DNA from: Toensbergia leucococca
Lineage: Eukaryota
Reading direction: 5' to 3'
Assembly (NCBI GenBank): GCA_022813965.1
Contig: JALDZS010000229.1
Coordinates: 1 to 34,482 of the forward strand
Length of the DNA: 34,482 nucleotides
Of this stretch, positions 11,600 to 21,359 are shown piece by piece (position 1 is the first letter of the stretch; every line of letters begins with the position of its first letter). Position numbers and translations under genes: made by a program. The notes under the pieces were generated by a model. It saw nothing but the letters and a program-made list of their open reading frames with translations, made no database searches and had not been told where the DNA came from.

Positions 11600-12721
11600 T
11601 GTAATAGCAGTTAGTTGTGGATTCAGTGTAGGTACGGGTGATTATGGATGGATGTTGGATTGCTGCAAGACTCACCAGAAATTTTCCAGAAGGTCTTTTG
11701 TGTGTCTTTCAAAAAGCTCCTGCCGCTCTTAATATACTAGGGGACAATGAAGCTGTACAACAGTATTTAGGAGATGGCGTGGTGCACTGCGGTGAATATC
11801 CCGGGCCCTATCGTTATATGGTGGATAAAGCGGCAATTGGCAGAATGCGAGCGGTGAAAATGGACATTTCGGATATGGGCTTATCCATACAGGAACTTCA
11901 ACGGCGTGAAAAGTCGTCATGCAAAGTCAATGGAAATCGAGGTTCTTAAGCACAGAGGGAGGTCATCGTCACTCTCTCGTGGGAGAACTCACGTGTGACG
12001 TACCATTACATCAGTCGGCATGATTTGTCTTGGCGGCTTTTAGAGCCTCACAGCACAGTCATTTACAGCTTGACAAAATCTACTCGTACTCGTACTCAAG
12101 CACTGGTACTCCTCCCTCTCCATTGAAATCCGCGCTCATTCAAAATGTTCTGATTCTATCTGATGTAAAAATACTTGAGCGGCAGAGTAGGGACACACAG
12201 ATTATCTACTATTTTACTGAAATTTATCACCAATACTAATGTGTTCTCTTGATTACCGGTATCGTTAGTTTGATCTGTGTCCACAAGGAAACCGTGCTTG
12301 CGAGAGAAAAGTTTCGTTACAGAAAGAGATTGTTTTCCCTGAAGTTTTCATTGCACTTTCGTTCATTCGCCAGTTCTGGAGTGCTATTCAATCGAGGAGT
12401 TGAGCTTCCGCGGCATAGGTAGTAGAAAGACTGGCAAATGTGCCCTCTGAATGGCGGGGTTGAACCATACCCCTCCGGTTCAGCAGAAAGGACGTATGCA
12501 CGTCATTGGCCGATCTGATGTGATCATGTCCGGCAAACACCCCAGGCCTTTTTTCAGTTGATTTCTCACATTTATTTATTTACATGTCATTTCTTCGAAA
12601 CCTGATCAGAGCTCCTCTTACAACACAACGAAGAACCTTTGCCCCTGGTCCGCATTCTCCTCCCTTTGTCTGAAGCCTCGATCAAAAACTGAATAGCTCA
12701 GCATGCAGATCATACGCAATC

Positions 12722-13898
12722 ATGGCCAGCGAAACCTCAACTTACAAGTTCAATCGTATGGTCAAATTCAACTCCTTTCCTGAGAAGCTGTTGATTGACC
12801 ACCTCAGATTCAATGCTCCGGGTGAAAGACCCCAAAGCATCTGGTACTATAGAAACCGCCCCAACTGACCCTTGACTTGCAATTGATAATCAAGTCAGTC
12901 AAATACTATGAATTCCTTGGTATGAAACAAATTAGGAAGCTCGAATTCCCTGACAATAAATTCGATTTATATTTCCTGGCCTATGACTCTCCCAAAAGCG
13001 CCTCCGCAGGAAAACACTGGTCAGATCGTCAAGGTGTTCTCGAGCTCACACACAACTACGGCTCCGAATACGACGACAACTTCAAGATCGCCAATGGTAA
13101 CTCTGAACCTGGGAAGGGCTTCGGACATGTCTGCATCAGCGTCGACAACATCCAAGCTGCCTGTCAGAGAATTGAGGATGCCGGCTACAAGTTCCAGAAA
13201 AAATTGACAGATGGACGTATGCGCAGTATTGCGTTTGCCTTGGATCCAGACAGCTACTGGGTCGAGATCATTGGCCAGAAGCCTATCGAAGAAACCGAAA
13301 AAGTAAAAGAGACAGATACAGGGTCATATCGATTCGTATGTTTTCAAAGCTGTTCTACGAGTATTCAAAAAGCTGACCCTCATACCTCCAATAGAATCAC
13401 ACCATGATCCGCATCAAAGATCACGCAGCATCCTTAAAATTCTACAAAGAAATTATGGGTAAGTTGCCCCCATTCCCTGCACCCACACCTCACACTCCAC
13501 AAACATATTCCCTAACGCCCTCAGGCATGACCCTCCTCCGCACCTCCGAAAACGCCTCCAACAAATTCAACCTCTACTTCCTCGGCTACGCGCCCCCAAA
13601 CCCAACCTCAACCTCCCACCACGAAGGCCTCCTCGAACTAACCTGGAACTACGGCACCGAAAACGACGCCTCCTTCGCCTACCACAACGGCAACACCGAC
13701 CCTCAAGGCTTCGGTCATATTTGCGTCTCCGTGGACGATTTGGACGCCGCGTGCAAGCGCTTTGAGGAGAAGGGGGTGCAGTGGAAGAAGAGGCTGACGG
13801 AGGGAAGGATGCGGAATGTGGCGTTTGTGTTGGATCCGGATGGGTATTGGATCGAGGTGATTCAGAATGAGAAGTTGAAGCCGACGAGTAATTGGTAA
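12722..13898 (+). CDS. GLO1: Glyoxalase I (lactoylglutathione lyase), two-domain fungal type; possible upstream extension from 12584
   Basis: MASETSTYKFNHSMLRVKDPKASVKYYEFLGM after removing introns 12756-12807, 12844-12898, 13336-13394 and 13459-13524. Duplicated motifs LELTHNYG/LELTWNYG, GFGHVC/GFGHIC, DPDSYWVE/DPDGYWIE. Confidence 0.96.
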
Positions 13899-14679
13899 AG
13901 GGGCGAAATCTGGAGACGCCGGTGATTTGATAAGGTTATATTTCTAGGTACACCTCCGTTTGTATCTCTACAAGTTTCATACAACGCGTAGATATATACA
14001 CACACCCATATCGAATACTGTTCTTCATCCAATTCCTCCACTCTCATCAGGAAAAATTCAATCCAAGCAAAACCTCCCCGTACAATCTCCGTCTTCGCAA
14101 ATCCCTCTGCTCAACCTCATCCCTCCCTCGCTCCCACAACACCCACCATCTCCTCCCCCATGAAAAAAACCCCCCCATCAACCCTCCTTTCACACAAATA
14201 GACCACATTCCCCTCTACGGAAATTTATCAATCGCATAAAGTTTCTCAAATTACTCTCACCTCACAGCTCACAACCGCAGTCTTCAACATCTATGACACC
14301 AGCACCTGCCCATGACGATTCGATCGAGTAGGACTCGAAATATGGAGTTCAGATAGGTACATTCACAGCAAGATTCAAAGAGAGGGCTCAGAGCGACGAT
14401 TGAGATCCACAGCTTGAAAGGCTTCGTTCAAGACCCGGGGCAGTGAGTGAGAAATGCCGTGGTGATTAGGATTTCAGTTTTTCTTGGTTGCTAGGAGAGG
14501 CAGTGGTGATAAATTTTTGCTTCTGCAAAAGGGCGGGTTGTGGAGTGTTGAGGATTTGCTGCGCATGCAGAATATAATATAAAATAGAATAGGGGGCACT
14601 CGGGGCATGCAATACATATATATACCTAATTTCTAGTCGCCCCACCCAACCCCCTAACTCAACCCCACAACTCCCCACC

Positions 14680-16272
14680 CTAATAAGTCATCGCCTCCTC
14701 AAACAGTTCCCTCAACTGCTCCCTCTCCTCCCCAACCTCCTCACTCAACCCCGGCGCCAACATCAACACCCTCCTCTGCGGTAAAGTCCCCTCAACTAAT
14801 CCATCCACATCCCCTTCCTTGAATCCCAACGCCCGCAATCCCCTCGGCTGATCCCCCAACTCCACCAAAAAGGCAGCCACAGCCTCTCCTAATACCTCCC
14901 CCGCACTCTCCCTCTTCACCTGCGAAACATCCACGCCGAAAGCCTCGGCGGCAGCAAGATGCCTCTCGGGGTTGGACGCGCCGGTGAATTTGAAGACGGA
15001 GGGGGCGGTAACGGCAACGCTGACACCGTGAGGGATGATGGGGCTGGAAGTCACGTAGCCGGCGTGTTTGTAGCCGGGGTTCTGGCCGCTAATGGGGTAA
15101 CTCATGCCGTGGCAGAGGTGAACGCCGGCGTTGCCGAAGCCGACGCCCGCCAGAGTGGCAGCGAGCAGCATTTCGGACTGGGCTTCGTGGTCTTCGGGGT
15201 CACGGACAGCGCGGGGAAGGTATTTGATTGTGGAGCGGAGGGCTTGGAGGGAGAATATGTCGGAGATGGGATTGGCGCCTTGGTAGGCGGGTCGGTTGAT
15301 GGGGTTTGTGGGCCGTGGAATGCGTTCGTGGTAGGGGATTGCGGTCCAGGATTCTAGAGAGTGGCAGAGCACGTCTAGGCCCGAGGAGGCGTGTACGGCT
15401 GCGGGCATGGTGCGCGTGTTCAAGGGATCGCAGATGCCGAGGGTTGGTTTGAGTGCGCGGTGAGCGATGCCGGTTTTGGCCTTTTTAGAGACTAAGTCGA
15501 AGATGGCGGTGCCGGTTGTTTCAGAACCCGTGCCAGCGGTGGTGGGGACGGCGATGAGGGGGAGGAGCGCTTTGGTGATTGGGAGGCCACGGCCAAGGGG
15601 TGCGTTGACGAAGTCGAGGAAGTCGGCGTCTGGGAAGCACGTGTAAAGGTTCATTAGTTTGGCAGTGTCGATTACGCTTCCGCCACCGACAGCAAGGAAA
15701 GCGGTCGGTTGATATGCTTTTGCGTAGGCGATTGCTTCGAGGATTCTTTGGAAGTTGTTAGTGGAGAAATGGGGAGTAAGAGTTATGAGCAATGTACGAG
15801 CTGTCTTTTGGTTCGACCATGGTCCTTTCGTAGACCGTGAATTCTATTCCTTCTCTCACCAAGCCCTCTTCCACCTGCTTCATAGCATTCAACTTGGCAA
15901 CATTGATATCGGTCACCACGCAGACTTTTTTAGCGCCCATGTTTTTGAAGTCCATGCCCACCTCCTTGGTGCAACCGGGTCCGAATCGGATGCTGGAAGC
16001 TGCCATCTCAAAGGCATATTCCTTTTGCCTTGAGACGTCGATTGGAGTCGCCAGGGAACGTTTGGCATGATTGAGGAGTGATGGCGTGTGGTGGTGATGG
16101 CCTGGGCTTGAGTGGCAGGGGCAATTGGGTGGGTGTGTATATTGGACTGCGCGGAGAAGGTTTAGGGCTCGAGTTGCAGCTGTTTGGCTTAGAGTCGGAG
16201 ATATTTCTTTTTCATGTAAGGTGTTAGTGAAGCTTTACCTGTTGGGGCAATTCGTACAGTTGGAAGCATCAT
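14680..16272 (-). CDS. Hydroxyacid-oxoacid transhydrogenase, mitochondrial (ADHFE1/HOT; iron-containing alcohol dehydrogenase family), 3 exons
   Basis: Presequence-like MMLPTVRIAPT-AATRALNLLRAVQYTHPPNCPCH, then KEYAFEMAASSIRFGPG, AVGGGSVIDTAK, PTTAGTGSETT, RPAYQGANPISD, GFGNAGVHLCHGMSYPIS, PHGVSVA. Two GT-AG introns near 16.2 kb and 15.77 kb. Confidence 0.93.
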
Positions 16273-16778
16273 GGCGGCGTCAAGCACACTGTTTCGTGAA
16301 AATTCAAGCTGTTTCCTGGCGAAAAGCAAGGAGAATAGCTAATTGAACAATGCATTGCATCGAACATGAGCATTGATCCCGTCATTGGCGTGTTTAATCG
16401 GCGTTGCGTTTGCGGGGTAGAACTGCCGGCAAGCTGCAAGTCCCGCTTCGTTGCCGTTTGTTAGGGCTTGTTCTAGACCTTGCCCTAAGAATAATTCAAT
16501 GTAGATGTTAGGTAGTAAGAGTGACTCTCAAATACCAACTTTGAGAATTTGTTCCGCCTCTCTCAAATCTCAGCACATATATCAATCACGGATATCAGAA
16601 GGCGGCTTGCAACTCCATAAAAGAAAGTCTCTCAAAGGCGTCAGAAGATCTGTCGCTTGTTTCATCCTAGGCCCGGCACACTGCCGATGCTTGGTCCCAA
16701 CTACGTATTCCTACCTTTGATTTTCCATTGCCCATTGTTACCTGACGCAGTGCCAATACTGATCCTGTCACAGCTGCC
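16273..16778. promoter_or_regulatory. Divergent HOT / ureidoglycolate lyase promoter region
   Basis: Head-to-head ATGs about 506 bp apart. Contains the inverted element CGGCA-cac-TGCCG at 16674-16686. Confidence 0.5.
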
Positions 16779-17543
16779 ATGCCTTTGGACTTGCAAGTCT
16801 TACCTCTGATTCTGCCCGCCCAGCCCTTGAGCTCGGCAGCTTTTAAACACTTCGGATATGTTGTTGAGAATCCTCGCAACCTTTCATCTACAATCCTTAG
16901 GCAGCAGTCCCAACTCCAGAGCAATGCTGCACCCAAACCTACATCAGCAAACCAGGGGACCGCTTTGAAATACAGTGACATATCCCCAGTGTTCAACCTG
17001 TATCATGCGGCACCAGGCCAGAAGACATCGAAGACGGCTATGAGCATGTTCGTTTGCTCCCCACGCCAACTACGCTCCATTACTTCTCGTGATGGTCCTT
17101 CCATCCCTTACACACAGAAACTTCTTGGAGTTGTTGACTTGACCATCATGGAGCGCCACTCCTACACGACCCAGACATTCATTCCAATGGGATTAGATCC
17201 ACAGGATGTGACTACGTGCTATCTCGTCGTTGTCGCCCCAACTCTTCCTGATTCATATAATGATGCTGGCATGCCTGACATCTCGAACGTTAGAGCCTTC
17301 ATAGCCAACGGCTCGCAAGCGGTCACTTATGGAGCTGGTACATGGCATGCACCCATGATAGTCATCGGTAAGCACCATATTGATTTTGTGGTTGTCCAAC
17401 ATGTGAACGGAGTACCGGAAGATGACTGTCAGGAAGTCGAATTGATTGGAGTCCGAGATAACGGTGTCAAAATCGCCGTGCCTCAGGATTTCACTTCAGG
17501 ATTTGGTAAGGTATCTAATATTCTTATTAAATCTCAGCTATAA
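16779..17543 (+). CDS. DAL3: Ureidoglycolate lyase (DAL3/AllA family), intronless
   Basis: Motifs AQPLSSAAFKHFGYVVENP, SANQGTALKY, MERHSYTTQTFIPMG, YLVVVAP, AFIANGSQAVTYGAGTWHAPM, NGVPEDDCQE. Ends in ...KSQL. Confidence 0.92.
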   Translation: MPLDLQVLPLILPAQPLSSAAFKHFGYVVENPRNLSSTILRQQSQLQSNAAPKPTSANQGTALKYSDISPVFNLYHAAPGQKTSKTAMSMFVCSPRQLRSITSRDGPSIPYTQKLLGVVDLTIMERHSYTTQTFIPMGLDPQDVTTCYLVVVAPTLPDSYNDAGMPDISNVRAFIANGSQAVTYGAGTWHAPMIVIGKHHIDFVVVQHVNGVPEDDCQEVELIGVRDNGVKIAVPQDFTSGFGKVSNILIKSQL

Positions 17544-17822
17544 AAAGCCATTGCAAGCTTCTAGACAGAACCGTGTGGCCACCTCTTCGAGAAAACTACG
17601 AGATTACACAAGGCTACGCTTATTAAGCTACGCAAGGTGGGGGGTTCTAGAGTTTTTCCAAGTGTTGAAGGCTACGTCAACGGTCCCTAGAGTTTCGAAG
17701 TGAAGTCACACGAGGAAATAGCCAGGGCACACTAGCTTATCAGCGATACGAGATCCTCCAGGCCAACAACATGATGCTGAAACATGAAAACAGTGAGCTG
17801 CAAAAGAGATAAACATGCTCTC

Positions 17823-17977
17823 GACGACAATGAAGACGATTAAGATGATGAAGATGATCAGGACAGGGTATCTTACTGGCTTATGAAAGCGGAACCGAAC
17901 TCAAGAATTGAAAAGGGAAAGATGTCAACTTTTCAATCGATGATCTTAAAGCGGCCGAGAAGCCTGAGGGATGGGAT
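17823..17977 (+). pseudogene. Degraded fragment of an EVE-domain (THYN1/Thy28-like) gene
   Basis: Manual translation DDNEDD*DDEDDQDRVSYWLMKAEPNSRIEKG[1-nt frameshift at ~17919]DVNFSIDDLKAAEKPEGWD matches the EVE N-terminus YWLMKAEP..R.EKG.DVKFSIDDL...PE.WD. In-frame TAA at 17841; similarity ends after WD. Confidence 0.8.
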
Positions 17978-18259
17978 CTCTAAGGAGAACTTTTGAAAAA
18001 TATATAAGAAGGTCAAAAGACAGGCCAAGGAGAATACTGGGAAATGAGGCATCAGACATGAAGCCCGGTTCATGCAGATCTTCTGATCCATCAACTTGAA
18101 GAGCTACCTGGGACGGAATAGACTCAGTCAAAGATTGACGAGTAAAGTGCAAGCTTAGGGATACGGTCACATCTTATCACGATCCCCCCAAATTGAACCT
18201 CAAGATCATGGCACCCAGCAATGATGGCACCAAAGTCAAGAAATCAAACATGCGTAAAA

Positions 18260-18571
18260 ACTCCTGCAACTCAAGATCTATGAGTCCAGCATGTTGCCGA
18301 GGATTTAGTAGAAGCTAAGGGCCTTCTGTGCAGTGCATGAAATGAGATTGCAAACCTGAAGGCCGAGAAAGATTTTCGAGCGACTGTGGAGAAGATATTA
18401 GTAGAGGACAGTGAAGCTCTGCTGAATGGAAGGACTCGTCGAAACAACTTAACGACCAATCTCCAGAACCTTTTGAACGAGCGCGAACTCTCTGACGCCG
18501 AGATACGTCGTCGATTGCAAGGGCAGCTCCCCAGTCGTGACTCTTACACCATGGTACAGGCTACAGAATAG
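18260..18571 (+). pseudogene. Possible coiled-coil protein relic with in-frame stops
   Basis: Frame reads TPATQDL*VQHVAEDLVEAKGLLCSA*NEIANLKAEKDFRATVEKILVEDSEALL...LQNLLNERELSDAEIRRRLQ, with TGA at 18281 and 18338 in frame with ORF 18386..18571. Confidence 0.4.
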
Positions 18572-19023
18572 TGTGTCGATGGCATTTCTCTAGGGTACTG
18601 TTTGGTCAAAGTAGCAGTGAACAACAACGAGTCCCTTGTTTTATCTTCCAACTCGCTCAGTAAGACCGCCTTATAAAATATAGGAGTTACCGATGAGGAT
18701 TCAAATCTCCATAAAAGACGCAAAGGGGTTTTCCACGCAGCGATCAAGAGGAACTCAGAGCAAGAGGGCGAATAGTGGGATCAGTTCTTTGTCCGTTGCA
18801 TTGCTTTCTGGAGAAGAGAGGGGGAATGAAGGAAAGAACTATAATGTGATTACTCACGTCGAACAAAGGATACAATTTGCAGGTACAAAACAGGTAAGTC
18901 AGAAGTCTCGCCCCACAAAATAAACACTCAGTTCTCTACCCAAAAGGTCCAGCAAAAACACCACTTTACAGCCTCATACTTCAAGACTCAAACAACCTCT
19001 ACCCTCTCCTCATCTCCTCTCCC

Positions 19024-19221
19024 TCATATCGAGCTTTCCATCGTAGCCCGCGCCATTTCTTGCTTCATCTTTGCGTTCAGCGCCCTCCGCTCCTTGCAGC
19101 TATGGCACAAGTCCATGACTTGAAGCGTCTCAGTGCGAAGGCGGAAGTTCTCAACAGACCCCGGTGGCAGTAGAGTGTGGCTGCAGAGGAACTGCAAGCG
19201 AACTTGGAATTGTGTTGGCAT
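19024..19221 (-). CDS. Putative 65-aa microprotein with C-x-H and C-x2-C motifs
   Basis: Fungal Kozak-like context CTCAAAATGCC, pyrimidine-rich leader, TATAAAA on the minus strand near 19544. Motifs FLCSH and LCHSC followed by a charged helix. Confidence 0.4.
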   Translation of the reverse strand: MPTQFQVRLQFLCSHTLLPPGSVENFRLRTETLQVMDLCHSCKERRALNAKMKQEMARATMESSI

Positions 19222-19735
19222 TTTGAGGGATGCTATTGAGGTTCTTTAGTAGAAGTTGGGTGAGGACCTTGTTTGTGGTGAATGCCCTTGTTGGATGCTC
19301 GTTTGTGTGGGATTAGTGATTGAGGATGGAGAGGATGAAAGATGAGAAAAGCGAAGGGCGGTTCATAGAAAGTTGAGATCCAAGGAAAGACAGAGGGTAC
19401 AAGCACAATCATGGCATTGTTCGGCTGAATAAAGAGACTATGAAGATATTTATGTGCGATGCATGGTTTATCACAGTATACAATGAGGCTGAGGTAGGGG
19501 AACAATGGCTTTTTTTTCTGTATATCTCTGGCTTCATTTTTATAAGAATCGCGGACGTTGCAGTACATAATACGTTCAGTTAATTTCCTTTCTCCCGTCT
19601 ACACCAGGCTTTCATCATCCTCTCAACTCTCACTAAGCTCAGTTCACGTTCCTCTCAATCAAAAAAAGCAAAATCCATGGAAGACCACCGCCATCCACCA
19701 TTCTCACAAGGTCAGGAAGTCTTCGAGCCCAGCGG

Positions 19736-20363
19736 GTGACTCGGTCAGGATTTTGTCGGAATCCTCCGCTCTCATCACTCCCAACCACACCATCGAGACG
19801 TCAACGAAACCCAGCGAGCACACGGACTCCTGCGCCGACGCGTGTGGAAAGTCCTCCACATCATGATGCTTCACATGATCCAGACAAGCTGACTGAAGAT
19901 CACAAAGTAGACTTTTCCCCGGATGCAGATGAGCCAGCAGACAGCCACCGCACCCCTCCACCCAACGCCAGCTTCATAGTAAACGATGAGTTCAACCCCC
20001 TCAGCGACAACCTCTACACATCTTTCCCCGCATCCCCCTCCACCCCCCAACGCACCACCACCCACCCTGCATCGCCCCAACCTGTCCCCTATCCGAGCCC
20101 CACAACATCGGCATCTACCCCCACAACAGACTCGCAAACACAGTCTACACTCGCCTATTCGCCCCCAACACTCTCTATCCCCGGAAGCTACTCCCCGCCA
20201 GAGAGTCAGGTCTACACTCGCGAATACTACTCCCCCCTCATGTCCCTTTGGCGAAATCAACCCGTCGCCTGAGATTTGGGCGGCGTTTGATCGAGATTTA
20301 CTCGGGTTGGGCTCGGCGGTGGATCGTTTTGTTTGGCGGTGCTTTGCTCATCATCATGGCTGA
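19736..20363 (+). other. Possible P/S/T-rich hypothetical gene or relic; structure unresolved
   Basis: Overlapping ORFs 19736..20272 and 19986..20363. Shows the same C-rich then G-rich profile as real genes in this window, but no clean ATG or splice model was found. Confidence 0.25.
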
Positions 20364-21252
20364 GAAGGTGAAAAGGGTGAAAGGGATTTTTTTTTTCCGT
20401 GGTTTTTGGTGCAGGGTTAGTTGGAGTTTTTATTAAAAGGTGTGGCGTTAATCGTCGCTTTGCTAATATCTCCTACAAGATCTGGTTTTTATTCCTCCCT
20501 TTTTCACGACTTGCTATTTTGAACGGCTTTCTTTAATTCTACCTTCAAATTCTGTTCATTACATCCTAGACAACTATCCTTTAACCCCCCCCCTTAAAAC
20601 CCATCAACTACCTACCTCCTCTCCATAAAACCTACTGCCCGTTCAAACCACTAATCCACACCATCATTCTTTCTCCCACCCACAAGCCCCAAGCTGAACC
20701 CACATATCAGAAAAAAAACCGTCACCACTGTGCGCGCATGATCCAACCCCCCCCCCCAAAACTCCCTAGGGTGGCCATCCAAATCACCAATGTCAACCTC
20801 GTTTAAGAAAAAAACAAAACCCACTTCGTACCCGGGCCGTGTAATAGGCATGGCACGCTTTGCCGCAGGGGGGGGGCCAAATAACATGGTGGGTAGAAAG
20901 AAAAGCCCCGGCCATGTAGTTTGTACCTACCTACCTATTGCTCACTCACTTTGCCAACCGTACTTGATTAAATAGATAGCTAAGGTAGGGTACGAGCTGT
21001 CTATGGCAATTTCAACGGATAGAACCTTGCCTCCTTCAAATCTGCCGGCCTCTTCAGCGTGCTCACGAACAAAAACAGCAACTCATCGAGTCGATCAAGT
21101 TTCCTTTGCATGCTTTTGATTAATTGCCTATCTTGTACACCACCACTACCAGTACAAATCGCCACCGCAAAGTAGCCACCATGATCTTGCATCCGCCCCC
21201 TTTTACATTCTTCTAGCTACACCAACAACCTCAGGGCTACAGCCCGGATTAC

Positions 21253-21336
21253 TTACTCCCTCTTCCCCCGACACCTCGTCTCGATGATAACATCCTTGGC
21301 CTGCTCCGCGCCTTCCCTCGAGCCAACAACAATAGT
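21253..21336 (-). repeat. Diverged tandem duplicate of the last ~27 codons of scp160
   Basis: The copy encodes TIVVGSREGAEQAKDVIIETRCRGKRE*; the genic end (21360-21440) encodes IEIVGSRDGVEQAKDIILEVVKGGGKRE*. Confidence 0.9.
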
Positions 21337-21359
21337 CTTCAAATATCAACCCGAATTAA

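Noticed and set aside
16674..16686. CGG-N7-CCG as a UaY (purine utilisation activator) site upstream of ureidoglycolate lyase
   Set aside because: The UaY/Ppr1 consensus is TCGG-N6-CCGA; the spacing here is 7, so it is at most a generic Zn2Cys6-type palindrome.
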